In this document: piece by piece, positions 56,235 to 64,000 of the stretch | Layout: each line of letters starts with the position of its first letter | How positions within the stretch are numbered: position 1 is the stretch's first letter | Assembly (NCBI GenBank): GCA_963783385.1 | Contig: CAWANJ010000001.1 | Coordinates: 320,001 to 384,000 of the forward strand | Direction of reading: 5' to 3' | DNA: 64,000 nt | Origin: an uncultured Gemmatimonadales bacterium | Lineage (GTDB): Bacteria > Gemmatimonadota > Gemmatimonadetes > Palauibacterales > Palauibacteraceae | Position numbers and translations under genes: made by a program | The notes under the pieces: model-generated | Seen by the model: only the letters and a program-made list of their open reading frames with translations | Databases searched by the model: none | What the model was told of the DNA's origin: nothing

Positions 56235-57092
56235 GTGGACCGAACCGAGCCTGCCGACAGCACCCGGGCGAGCTCCGGGAGCGACGAGACGCCGCCCGCG
56301 CCGGCCGACGAATCGCGCTACCTCACCTACGCCGGCTATCTCCACCTGGACGAGCTGCTCTCCCTGCAGCGACGCCGGGCTGGAGAGCACGACGAGATGC
56401 TGTTCATCATCATCCACCAGGTGTACGAGCTCTGGTTCAAGGAGCTGCTGCACGAGCTGGACTACGTGGAGCAGCTCCTGGGCCGGGACGACCTGCCGAC
56501 GGCGCTGCACACCATGAAGCGCATCCTCACGGTCCTTAAGGTCATGGTCGCGCAGATCGACATCCTGGAGACGATGACGCCCCGGGAGTTCCTCACCTTC
56601 CGGAACCGCCTCGAGGCGGCGAGCGGTCTAGAGTCCTTCCAGTTCCGGGAGCTCGAGTTCGCCCTCGGCATCAAGCGCCCCGGCATCCTGGAGCGCTACC
56701 CGGAGGGCAGCGAGCCGCGCTCTCGCCTCCAGCAGCGCCTGGAGCGACCCACCCTGTGGGATGCCTTCCTCGAACACGTGAACCGCTCCGGGTTCCCCGT
56801 TCCGAGATCCGCGCTGGAACGGGAGGTGAGCCGGCCGGTCGAGGCCTCGCCCCAGGTGCAGGACGTCCTGGTTCGCGTGTACGCCGAGTCCCCGGCGCTC
56901 GCCCAGCTGTGCGAACGGCTGGTGGATCTGGACGAGGGACTCCAGGAGTGGCGGTACCGACACGTGAAGATGGTCGAGCGCACGATCGGCGCGAAGCGGG
57001 GCACGGGAGGCACGGAGGGCGCCGGCTACCTGCGGACGACGCTGTCCCGACCCGTGTTCCCCGACCTGTGGGAGATCCGGACCCGCCTGTGA
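56235..57092 (+). CDS. kynA: Tryptophan 2,3-dioxygenase
   Basis: [61 protein letters not shown]; GTG start 2 nt after the abmA stop. Confidence 0.95.
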   Translation: MDRTEPADSTRASSGSDETPPAPADESRYLTYAGYLHLDELLSLQRRRAGEHDEMLFIIIHQVYELWFKELLHELDYVEQLLGRDDLPTALHTMKRILTVLKVMVAQIDILETMTPREFLTFRNRLEAASGLESFQFRELEFALGIKRPGILERYPEGSEPRSRLQQRLERPTLWDAFLEHVNRSGFPVPRSALEREVSRPVEASPQVQDVLVRVYAESPALAQLCERLVDLDEGLQEWRYRHVKMVERTIGAKRGTGGTEGAGYLRTTLSRPVFPDLWEIRTRL

Positions 57093-57109
57093 GACAGGCA
57101 CCGGCCCCG

Positions 57110-58310
57110 GTGAAGCCGGAGGATCTGTACGCCGATCCCAACGGCCTGGCGCCCGACTACGGCCGCTTCCGCGTCGCCGACCGGCTCCTGCTCACAGGCC
57201 ACTCCCACCAGGCCTGGCCGGACCGGGGCTTCGAGGGGCAGGAGCGGGCCTGGCTGGACGCGGCCGAGTACGTGGACGGGAAGTGGGACCGCGCCTTCGG
57301 GCGTGCCCGACGCGTGCGCGAGGGCTTCGCTGGCTTGCTCGGAGGCGCGGAGAGCGGCGAGATCGCCCTCGGGGCCAGCACCCACGACCTCGTGGTCCGC
57401 TTCCTCTCGGCTCTTCCCCTGGCGGAACGGCCCCGCCTGGTGACGACGGACGGCGAGTTCCACACCCTGCGGCGCCAGCTATGCCGCCTCGAGGAGGAAG
57501 GGATCGAGGTCGTGCGGGTCGCGTCCCACCCCGCGGTCTCGGCGGGCGCGCGGGTCGCCGAGGCGGTGGACGACCGGACCGCCGCCGCCTTCGTGTCGGC
57601 CGTGTTCTTCGAGACGGCCCATATCGTCGGGGGCCTTCGGGAGGCGGCACGGGCATGCCGGGAGCACGGGGCGCTCCTCCTGGTGGACGCCTACCACGCC
57701 CTCGACGCCGTGCCCTTCTCGCTGGCGGGGATCGAAGACGCCTACGTGGTGGGAGGGGGCTACAAGTACTGCCAGCTGGGCGAAGGGAACTGCTTCCTGC
57801 GTCTCCCGCCCGACTGCCGGCTCCGCCCCGTGGTCACGGGCTGGTTCGCGGAGTTCGAGGCGCTGATCGAGCCCGGCGCGAGGCACCGCGTCGCCTACCC
57901 GGACGGGCCGGGTCGCTTCGCGGGCAGCACCTACGACCCGACCAGCCACTACCGTGCCGCCGAGGTGTTCGACTTCTTCGCGGAGCGCGGCCTCACGCCG
58001 ACCTGCTGCGGGAGGTGAGCCGCCACCAGGTCGAGCCTCCTGGCCCGGGGCTTCGACGCCCTGGACCTGGATCCGGCGCTGGCGGACAGGGACCGCGACG
58101 TGCCCCTGGAGCGGGTCGGGCGGCTTCCTGGCGCTCGCGAGTCCCCGGGCCGCCGAGCTCCAGCGGCTCCTGAGCGAGCGGGGCGTGAGGACGGACCACC
58201 GGAGGGGCCGCCTCCGGCTCGGGCCGGCTCCCTACCTCTCGGACCGCCAGCTCCGTGATGCGCTGGCGGCGCTGGGAGAGTCCGTCCTCGCACTGGAGGC
58301 CGCCGGCTGA
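57110..58310 (+). CDS. kynU: Kynureninase (atypical subfamily), three single-base indels near the 3' end
   Basis: Class V PLP motifs DAYH, GGGYKYCQLGEG, TGWF, RLGPAPY; follows kynA; correcting indels at about 58000, 58036 and 58119 gives a continuous protein. Confidence 0.8.
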
Positions 58311-58388
58311 CGCCCCGCGCAGGCGAGCCCGGCCGCCGGGCGACCCCGCCCGTCCGGAGCCGCCTCGCTCAGGCGGGAGCCTCCCGAC

Positions 58389-58970
58389 TCAGTCCGGCGA
58401 CCCGGACGGCTCCCGCAGGCGCTCCAGGAAGTGGCGGCGCAGCCTGGCCACCTTGGGCGCGATCACCACCCGGCAGTAGGCCTGCTCCGGGTTCCGGCGG
58501 AAGTACTCGCGGTGGTACGCCTCCGCCGGATAGAAGACCTCCAGCGGGACGATCTCCGTCACGATCGGATCGTCGAAGGCGCCCTCCGCCTCGAGACCCG
58601 CCACGACCTCCTCCGCCGCCCGCCTCTGGTCCTCGGAACCGTACAGGACGATGGAGCGATACTGCGTGCCGACGTCGGCCCCCTGCCGGTTCGGGGTGGT
58701 GGGATCGTGCACGGTGAAGAACACGGTCAGCAGGTCGCGGAAGGAGAGGACCTCGGGATCGAAGGCGAGGCGGACGACCTCGGCGTGCCCGGTCCCGCCG
58801 CCGCATACGGCCCGGTAGGTGGGGTCGGCGACGTGCCCCCCGGCGTAGCCCGGCTCCACGGACCGGATCCCGCGTAGCCGCTCGTACACGGCCTCCAGGC
58901 ACCAGAAACAGCCTCCGCCCAGCGTGGCCGTCTCTACCCGGGGGCCGGCCGTCCCCTCGTCCTCTCGCAT
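58389..58970 (-). CDS. msrA: Peptide-methionine (S)-S-oxide reductase
   Basis: GGGCFWC, GYAGG, GHAEVV, HDPT, QYRS, FYPAEAYH. Confidence 0.96.
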   Translation of the reverse strand: MREDEGTAGPRVETATLGGGCFWCLEAVYERLRGIRSVEPGYAGGHVADPTYRAVCGGGTGHAEVVRLAFDPEVLSFRDLLTVFFTVHDPTTPNRQGADVGTQYRSIVLYGSEDQRRAAEEVVAGLEAEGAFDDPIVTEIVPLEVFYPAEAYHREYFRRNPEQAYCRVVIAPKVARLRRHFLERLREPSGSPD

Positions 58971-59112
58971 CGACGCCTCCTCTCTGGCTCCTCTGGTCCC
59001 GTCCGGATACCCTGTCCCCTTCGACAGCGCTCGATCCGCCCACCCCGTTCCGGGAGGTTCGCCCCTGTCCGGCACGAATCCCGAGCCGATCGGTCCGGAG
59101 CCCTTCCGCTCC

Positions 59113-60378
59113 GTGCTGCCGGATGCCCTCGCCACGCGGGTCACCCGGGGGCTCGAGACCTTCCTGCGCACCGAAGCCTCGGGGGGCGTCGTCCTTCTGG
59201 CGGCGACCGTGATCGCGCTCCTTTGGGCCAACAGCCCCCTCGCCGGCCTCTACCATCACGTCCGGGAGACGCACCTGGGGTTCCACGTCGGCGGCGACAC
59301 CTTCACCCTCTCCGTCGAAGGGTGGATCAACGACGGCCTCATGGCGGTGTTCTTCTTCGTGGTCGGCCTCGAGATCAAGCGCGAGATCCTCGTGGGCGAG
59401 CTCTCCTCCCTCCGCCGTGCGACGTTGCCGGTGGCGGCCGCCTTCGGGGGGGCCGTCCTGCCCGCCCTCCTGTACCTGGCCCTGAACCACGGAGGTCCGC
59501 ACGCGGCCGGCTGGGGCGTGCCGATCGCCACCGACATCGCCTTCGCCGTCGGCATCCTCACGCTCCTGCGGTCCCGCACGCCGGAGTGGCTCAAGTCCTT
59601 CCTGGTGGCGCTCGCTATCGCGGACGACCTGATCGCCGTGGCCGTCATCGCCCTTTTCTACACGTCGGGGATCTCGGTGGGCCCCCTCCTGGCGGCTGCC
59701 GGCATCCTGGCGGCGATGGTGGCCCTGAACCTCGCCGGCGCACAGCGGTCGGCCTGGTTCGTGGTCCCGGCCGTGGCCATGTGGGCCGCCGTGCTCGCGT
59801 CGGGAGTGCACGCCACGGTGGCGGGGGTAGCGGCGGCGGCCGTGATCCCGGCCCGTCCCCCGTCGTCCCGCTCCGGTACGAGAGGTCCCCAGGACCCGGA
59901 GTCGGAGGAGAGTCCGCTGACCCGGCTCGAGCACCGCGTCCTGCCGTGGACCACCTACCTCGTGCTGCCGCTGTTCGCGCTGGTCAACGCCGGCGTGGCC
60001 ATCCCCGCCTCGGCCCTGGCCCGCACCCTGACGAGCCCCCTCACCCTGGGGGTGGCGGCGGGTCTGGTGCTCGGAAAGCCCGTCGGCATCGTGGCGGCGG
60101 CGTGGTTGGCCCGGGCCGCAGGGCTCGCCCGTCTGCCGGAGGGGGCCCGGTGGAGCGAGCTCGCCGGGGCCGCGTGCCTGGGAGGGGTCGGCTTCACCAT
60201 GTCGATCTTCATCGCCTCGCTGGCGTTCGCGGAGGGCGATACCCTGGACCTGGCGCGGATGGGTATCCTGCTCGGGTCGCTCATCTCCGCCGTGCTCGGC
60301 TTCGGGATCCTGCGGCTCACGACCGCGGGCCGGCGGGACACCCCGGTCGGCGAAGCGGACGAATCCCGGGCCCTCTGA
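59113..60378 (+). CDS. nhaA: Na+/H+ antiporter NhaA
   Basis: WINDGLMAVFF, GLEIKRE, ATDIAFA, AIADD, SGVHATVAG, GKPVG, GFTMSIFI. Confidence 0.95.
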   Translation: MLPDALATRVTRGLETFLRTEASGGVVLLAATVIALLWANSPLAGLYHHVRETHLGFHVGGDTFTLSVEGWINDGLMAVFFFVVGLEIKREILVGELSSLRRATLPVAAAFGGAVLPALLYLALNHGGPHAAGWGVPIATDIAFAVGILTLLRSRTPEWLKSFLVALAIADDLIAVAVIALFYTSGISVGPLLAAAGILAAMVALNLAGAQRSAWFVVPAVAMWAAVLASGVHATVAGVAAAAVIPARPPSSRSGTRGPQDPESEESPLTRLEHRVLPWTTYLVLPLFALVNAGVAIPASALARTLTSPLTLGVAAGLVLGKPVGIVAAAWLARAAGLARLPEGARWSELAGAACLGGVGFTMSIFIASLAFAEGDTLDLARMGILLGSLISAVLGFGILRLTTAGRRDTPVGEADESRAL

Positions 60379-60498
60379 GGCCGCCCTCGCCCACCCACCC
60401 GATCCCCTCGCGGGCTGACTTCTTGCACTTCATGGGAGCGGATGCGAGGTACGGCCGCCGGGACCGGCGGCTTCCTCCTCGCGAGGAAGGAGACTCTC

Positions 60499-60897
60499 AT
60501 GAAGATGGTGCAGGGCTTACCGATCGTGCTGCTGGCGGCGACCCTCGGGCTGACCGCCTGCGCCACGGGACGCAACGTTCAGGTCGAGTCGAGCTCCACC
60601 CCGACCGCCGGGCGGGGCGTGCAGGTCAACGTGCAGAACGACAACACGAACGATGTCGACGTCTACGTGATGGGAGGCGGACAGGTGTGGCGCCTCGGAC
60701 ACGTCACGGGACTGAGCAGCGCGACCGTCACGATCCCGGCGGGGATCGTGGCCTCATCTCCCCAGCTCCGGCTGCTGGCCGACCCCCTCGCCGCGTTCAA
60801 CGCGTACCTGTCCGATCCGATCACCGTGACCACGGGGGACGTGGTACAGTTCCAGATCGGCGCGTCGCTGGGAGTGTCCAGCGTGTCGGTCTTCTAG
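60499..60897 (+). CDS. Small lipoprotein
   Basis: AAGGAG RBS; lipobox LTAC; VNVQNDN...RLGHV beta-sandwich-like body. Confidence 0.8.
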   Translation: MKMVQGLPIVLLAATLGLTACATGRNVQVESSSTPTAGRGVQVNVQNDNTNDVDVYVMGGGQVWRLGHVTGLSSATVTIPAGIVASSPQLRLLADPLAAFNAYLSDPITVTTGDVVQFQIGASLGVSSVSVF

Positions 60898-60952
60898 CGC
60901 CACGGCGGGTCGGCCGGCGCGGGCGCGCGTCCCGTGAGGCGGGCGGGGCCCT

Positions 60953-62335
60953 TCAGGCCCGCGCCCGGCGGGCCGCCCGCGCCTGGTCGGCCAGCAGGCG
61001 CTGGCTGGTCTCGACCGGATAGGGCGGATCGGCCGGCGCCAGCGACCGGAGCCGGTCCGGCAGCAGGGCGATCTCGCGATCGGCCCGCTCCGCGGCCTCC
61101 TCCAGCGCTCCGCGCCCGGCCTCCAGACGAAGGCCATCCTCCATCACGGGCACGAGAAGCGGCCGCCCGGCGTCCTCCTCGTCGGCGCGGGTGAGACGGT
61201 CCCGCACGGCCCGCCCTCCCCTTTCGACGCGGCGCACCTGCTTGGGCCCGGGGAGGAGCTCCTTCCCCGGCGAGAGCTTGATGCGCCCTGCGCCCCCGTA
61301 GGACACGAGCTTGTAAGCAATGTCGAGCGCGGGTGCGTCGCGCGAGACGCCCATGCCCGTGCCGACACCGAAGCCGTCGATCGGCGCGTCCGCCTCCACG
61401 AGCTGCTCGATCCGGTCCTCGTCCAGGCCGCCCGATGCGAAGATCTTCACGTGAGCGAGACCGGCTGCGTCCAGGATCGAACGGCTCTTCCGTGATAGCG
61501 CGGCGAGGTCGCCCGAGTCCAGGCGGATCGCGCCGACCCGGAACCCCTCGCCCGACTCCGAGGACAACCGCGCCACCTTGTGCACGCCCTCGAGCGTGTC
61601 GTAGGTGTCGACCAGCAGGGTCGTGCCCGGATACAGCGAGGCGAAGGCGCGGAAAGCCTCCTCCTCGCTGTCGTGGGCCTGGATGTAGGAGTGGCCCATC
61701 GTGCCGCTGACCGGCATCCCGTAGGCCTTCCCGGCGGCCAGGTTGCTCGTGGCCCGGACCCCGGCCACATAGAACGCGCGGGCCGACTTCAGGCCCGCAT
61801 CCGTGCCGTGCATCCTCCGCAGCCCGAAGTCCACGACCGGGCGCCCCTCGGCGGCGGCCACCACGCGGACGGCCTTGGAAGCAAGCAACGTCTGGAGGTG
61901 GACCTGGTTCATGACATACGTCTCGACCAGCTGCGCCACCGGGAGGGCCGCGCGGATCTCCAGGAGGGGCTCTCCTGCGAACACGGGGGTCCCCTCGGGC
62001 ACGGCGCGCACGGAACCCTCGAAGCGCAGCCCGGACAGCCACTCCAGGAAGTCGTCGGTGAACTCGGGAAGCGTGGAGAGATAGTCGAGCGCCGGTCCCT
62101 CGAAGCGCAGCCCCTCCAGGTAGCTCAGGACCTCCTCGAGGCCGCAAGCCAGAAGGAAGTTCCGGGTGGGCGGAAGGTCCCGCACGAACAGGCTGAACAC
62201 GGCCTCGTCCACCAGGCCCTCACGCCGGTAGGCGCGGGCCATGGTGAGCTCGTACTGGTCCGTGATCAGGGCGGGGTCGGGCGGCCCGGAGCCCGACGTC
62301 CGCCCCGGCGGCCGGGCCGGTCGGTCCTCGCTCAG
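60953..62335 (-). CDS. pncB: Nicotinate phosphoribosyltransferase
   Basis: TDQYELTM, DFGLRR, GTMGHS, LVDTYD, RLDSGD, SGGLDE, FGVGT, AYKLV; start probably CTG at 62335. Confidence 0.93.
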   Translation of the reverse strand: MSEDRPARPPGRTSGSGPPDPALITDQYELTMARAYRREGLVDEAVFSLFVRDLPPTRNFLLACGLEEVLSYLEGLRFEGPALDYLSTLPEFTDDFLEWLSGLRFEGSVRAVPEGTPVFAGEPLLEIRAALPVAQLVETYVMNQVHLQTLLASKAVRVVAAAEGRPVVDFGLRRMHGTDAGLKSARAFYVAGVRATSNLAAGKAYGMPVSGTMGHSYIQAHDSEEEAFRAFASLYPGTTLLVDTYDTLEGVHKVARLSSESGEGFRVGAIRLDSGDLAALSRKSRSILDAAGLAHVKIFASGGLDEDRIEQLVEADAPIDGFGVGTGMGVSRDAPALDIAYKLVSYGGAGRIKLSPGKELLPGPKQVRRVERGGRAVRDRLTRADEEDAGRPLLVPVMEDGLRLEAGRGALEEAAERADREIALLPDRLRSLAPADPPYPVETSQRLLADQARAARRARA

Positions 62336-63225
62336 GCCGAGGCTCCCTCTCGGGATCCGGCCGTCGGAAGCCGAGCCGGGCCGGTCGGCGCGGCGTCGGG
62401 CCCGCTCTCCTCCGCGTACCACTTGAAGAAGATGATGCTCATCACGACCCAGGCCGTGACGCCCATGAGCACCCACATGATGAGCCCGCCCCACTTCTGG
62501 TCCTGGATGGCCGAGAGCCCGAAGGGCCGCGCCCCGGCCGGGTAGACGGTGTAGACGACGTCAGTCGAGAGCGTGATGAGCGCGCCGATCAGCTTCATGA
62601 CCAGACCGAGCAGGAACAGGTAGATCATCTGCATCCCGTAGGACAGCCGATGCCCCTCGTAGGGACTCAGCACAGGCCACCACACGATCACGCCGGTGGT
62701 CATGAGCGCCAGGTGGCCGGCCACGTGGACGGGCCTGTAGGCGATGATCTGGTCGAACAGCGTCGGCACGTGCCACGTCGCCAGCGTGACCAGGAACAGG
62801 GCCGCCGCGATCCCCGGCCGGGTGAGCACGCGGGCGACCGCCGCGACCGGGGGCGACCCGAGCGCCTTCTCGACCACCCAGCGCGGCACGCCGCTGATCA
62901 GTAGCGGGGGCATGATCATGGTCATCAACATGACCTGGACCATGTGCGCGCTGAACAGGAAGTAGTCGCTGAGCTCGTGCACGGGCCCCGTGAGCGCCAC
63001 GAACATGGCCACCAGGCCGAGCACGAAGCGGGTCGTGCGGGCCGCCTGGTCGTCCGGACGCGGGATCCCCAGCCGCCTGCGCAGGGGCCCCGTCACGTAC
63101 AGGTAGCCGCCCAGCCAGGCCAGGACCCCGAGCGCCACGCTGGGAGGCGTGTCCCACGAGGGCCACACGAACGCCACCGGGGCTTCGCCGTGCAGGAGGA
63201 AGAGGGAGGTCAGACCACCAGTCAT
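62332..63225 (-). CDS. ctaG: Cytochrome c oxidase assembly factor, Caa3-type CtaG
   Basis: LFSAHMVQ, WHVP, H...WWPV, DQKWGGLIMW; multiple TM segments. Confidence 0.85.
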   Translation of the reverse strand: MTGGLTSLFLLHGEAPVAFVWPSWDTPPSVALGVLAWLGGYLYVTGPLRRRLGIPRPDDQAARTTRFVLGLVAMFVALTGPVHELSDYFLFSAHMVQVMLMTMIMPPLLISGVPRWVVEKALGSPPVAAVARVLTRPGIAAALFLVTLATWHVPTLFDQIIAYRPVHVAGHLALMTTGVIVWWPVLSPYEGHRLSYGMQMIYLFLLGLVMKLIGALITLSTDVVYTVYPAGARPFGLSAIQDQKWGGLIMWVLMGVTAWVVMSIIFFKWYAEESGPDAAPTGPARLPTAGSREGASA

Positions 63226-63436
63226 CGAACGCCGTCTCGCCTTCGGAGGTAGGCCGGGCCGAGCGCCCGGGCCGCGCGGGACTCCGGCCGACCCGGGTCC
63301 CGCCGTCCTTCAGGCTGCAAGTTGGAGGATCGGGGTCACGGCCTCAAGCGGACGGCTCGGAGCAGAAGGGCCGCGGGCGTTCGGCGTCGGCCGCCCAGTG
63401 CGCAAACAGTGCCGGCGAACGCCCGGGACGGGACGC

Positions 63437-63649
63437 TCAGGCCCCGGCCCTGGCCCCGTACCCGGCCGATTCCACCGCCCGGGCCAACGCCTCCATGGCC
63501 ACGGTTCCGCCGGCCGCCACACGGGCGCTACCGTCGTCCAGCGACACCTCGGCGCTCTCGACCCCCGGAACGCTCTCCAGCGCCTCGGTCACGGCCGCCG
63601 CGCACCCCTCGCACTTCATGCCATCAATGTGGAGCCGAATGTCCGTCAT
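63437..63649 (-). CDS. Heavy-metal-associated (CopZ-like) chaperone
   Basis: IDGMKCEGCAAAV...AVESAGY, 70 aa; ATGA coupling to the upstream gene. Confidence 0.9.
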   Translation of the reverse strand: MTDIRLHIDGMKCEGCAAAVTEALESVPGVESAEVSLDDGSARVAAGGTVAMEALARAVESAGYGARAGA

Positions 63650-64000
63650 GGTTCCTCCCCTGCCGTCCGTGCGGTCTGCTCGCCGGACGAGCCGCCGCTG
63701 CATGGACCGCGCCGCCGCTCCCCCGTCCGGCGCCGACCCGCCGGCTCGAGGCGGGCCAGGCGACGCAGGTTCGCGGCTACGCGCGCGCCGAGCAGCCCCA
63801 GCATCCCGAGCGCCGCGATGCCGCCCGCCACATCGAAGATGGTGGCGCCCGCCCCCGCCACCCCGAACGGAAGCGGCCCCACGGTGAGGGCCAGCGTGTT
63901 GAGACCGATGAGCACCAGGCGCGCCTCCGTCGGCCCCAACCACGCATATCCGAAGCTGAACTCTCCGTAGACGTACGTCTCCAGGTAGACGTTGATGGAG
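63646..64000 (-). CDS. CDP-alcohol phosphatidyltransferase family protein, C-terminal part
   Basis: Open frame from the window edge: SINVYLETYVYGEFSFGYAWLGPTEARLVLIGLN; GPTE-x-R is typical of this subfamily. The catalytic motif is outside the window. Confidence 0.6.
   Translation of the reverse strand, partial: SINVYLETYVYGEFSFGYAWLGPTEARLVLIGLNTLALTVGPLPFGVAGAGATIFDVAGGIAALGMLGLLGARVAANLRRLARLEPAGRRRTGERRRGPCSGGSSGEQTARTAGEEP

Noticed and set aside
52944-57092. 1382-aa monooxygenase-TDO fusion
   Set aside because: Artefact of the indel at about 55630. The real OYE C-terminus is in ORF 55630-56232 and kynA has its own GTG at 56235.
63400-63415. Sigma-54-like CGGCACTGTTTGCG upstream of ctaG
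   Set aside because: Spacing is 8 nt.
1-64000. tRNA, rRNA, CRISPR array, transposase, integrase, prophage or defence genes; selenocysteine readthrough in redox genes
   Set aside because: None recognised by eye. Intergenic gaps are short with no repeat-spacer pattern, and the TrxB, IscA and MsrA active sites use ordinary Cys codons. A covariance-model scan would be needed to exclude small ncRNAs.

Overview
A very GC-rich, gene-dense bacterial chromosomal segment of about 60 CDSs. I found no rRNA, tRNA, CRISPR array or mobile element. The gene repertoire (barrel-less TonB-plug protein, DUF5916 and DUF4097 proteins, ECF sigma/anti-sigma pair) suggests Gemmatimonadota, which is an inference. Main blocks: (1) 5' end of murQ, two envelope genes, an ABC exporter and a sensor-less HK/RR pair; (2) a ~14 kb minus-strand run (19536 to 5357) behind a strong sigma-54 motif, encoding an M42 peptidase, DtxR and Fur regulators, two PHP and two DHH phosphoesterases, trxB, an A-type Fe-S carrier, coaE, a LeuT-like transporter with an unannotated small partner, a Cys-rich microprotein, pdaD-speB and ccdA; (3) a basic orphan protein and a MacAB-like exporter with no ATPase gene; (4) M1 aminopeptidase, BNR lipoprotein and class V PLP enzyme; (5) a GT4-deacetylase-flippase operon of hexSDF/gpgSDF type; (6) LytS/LytTR and an ECF/DUF4097/DUF5916 module; (7) a tryptophan to kynurenine to anthranilate to 2-aminobenzoyl-CoA catabolic cluster (kynA, kynU, abmA and partners) that lacks kynB but carries a creatininase-family amidohydrolase, the best candidate for a new function here; (8) msrA, nhaA, pncB, ctaG and a copZ-like gene. 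Four genes carry single-base indels that look like long-read errors. All product calls come from motif recognition by eye; no database searches were run.
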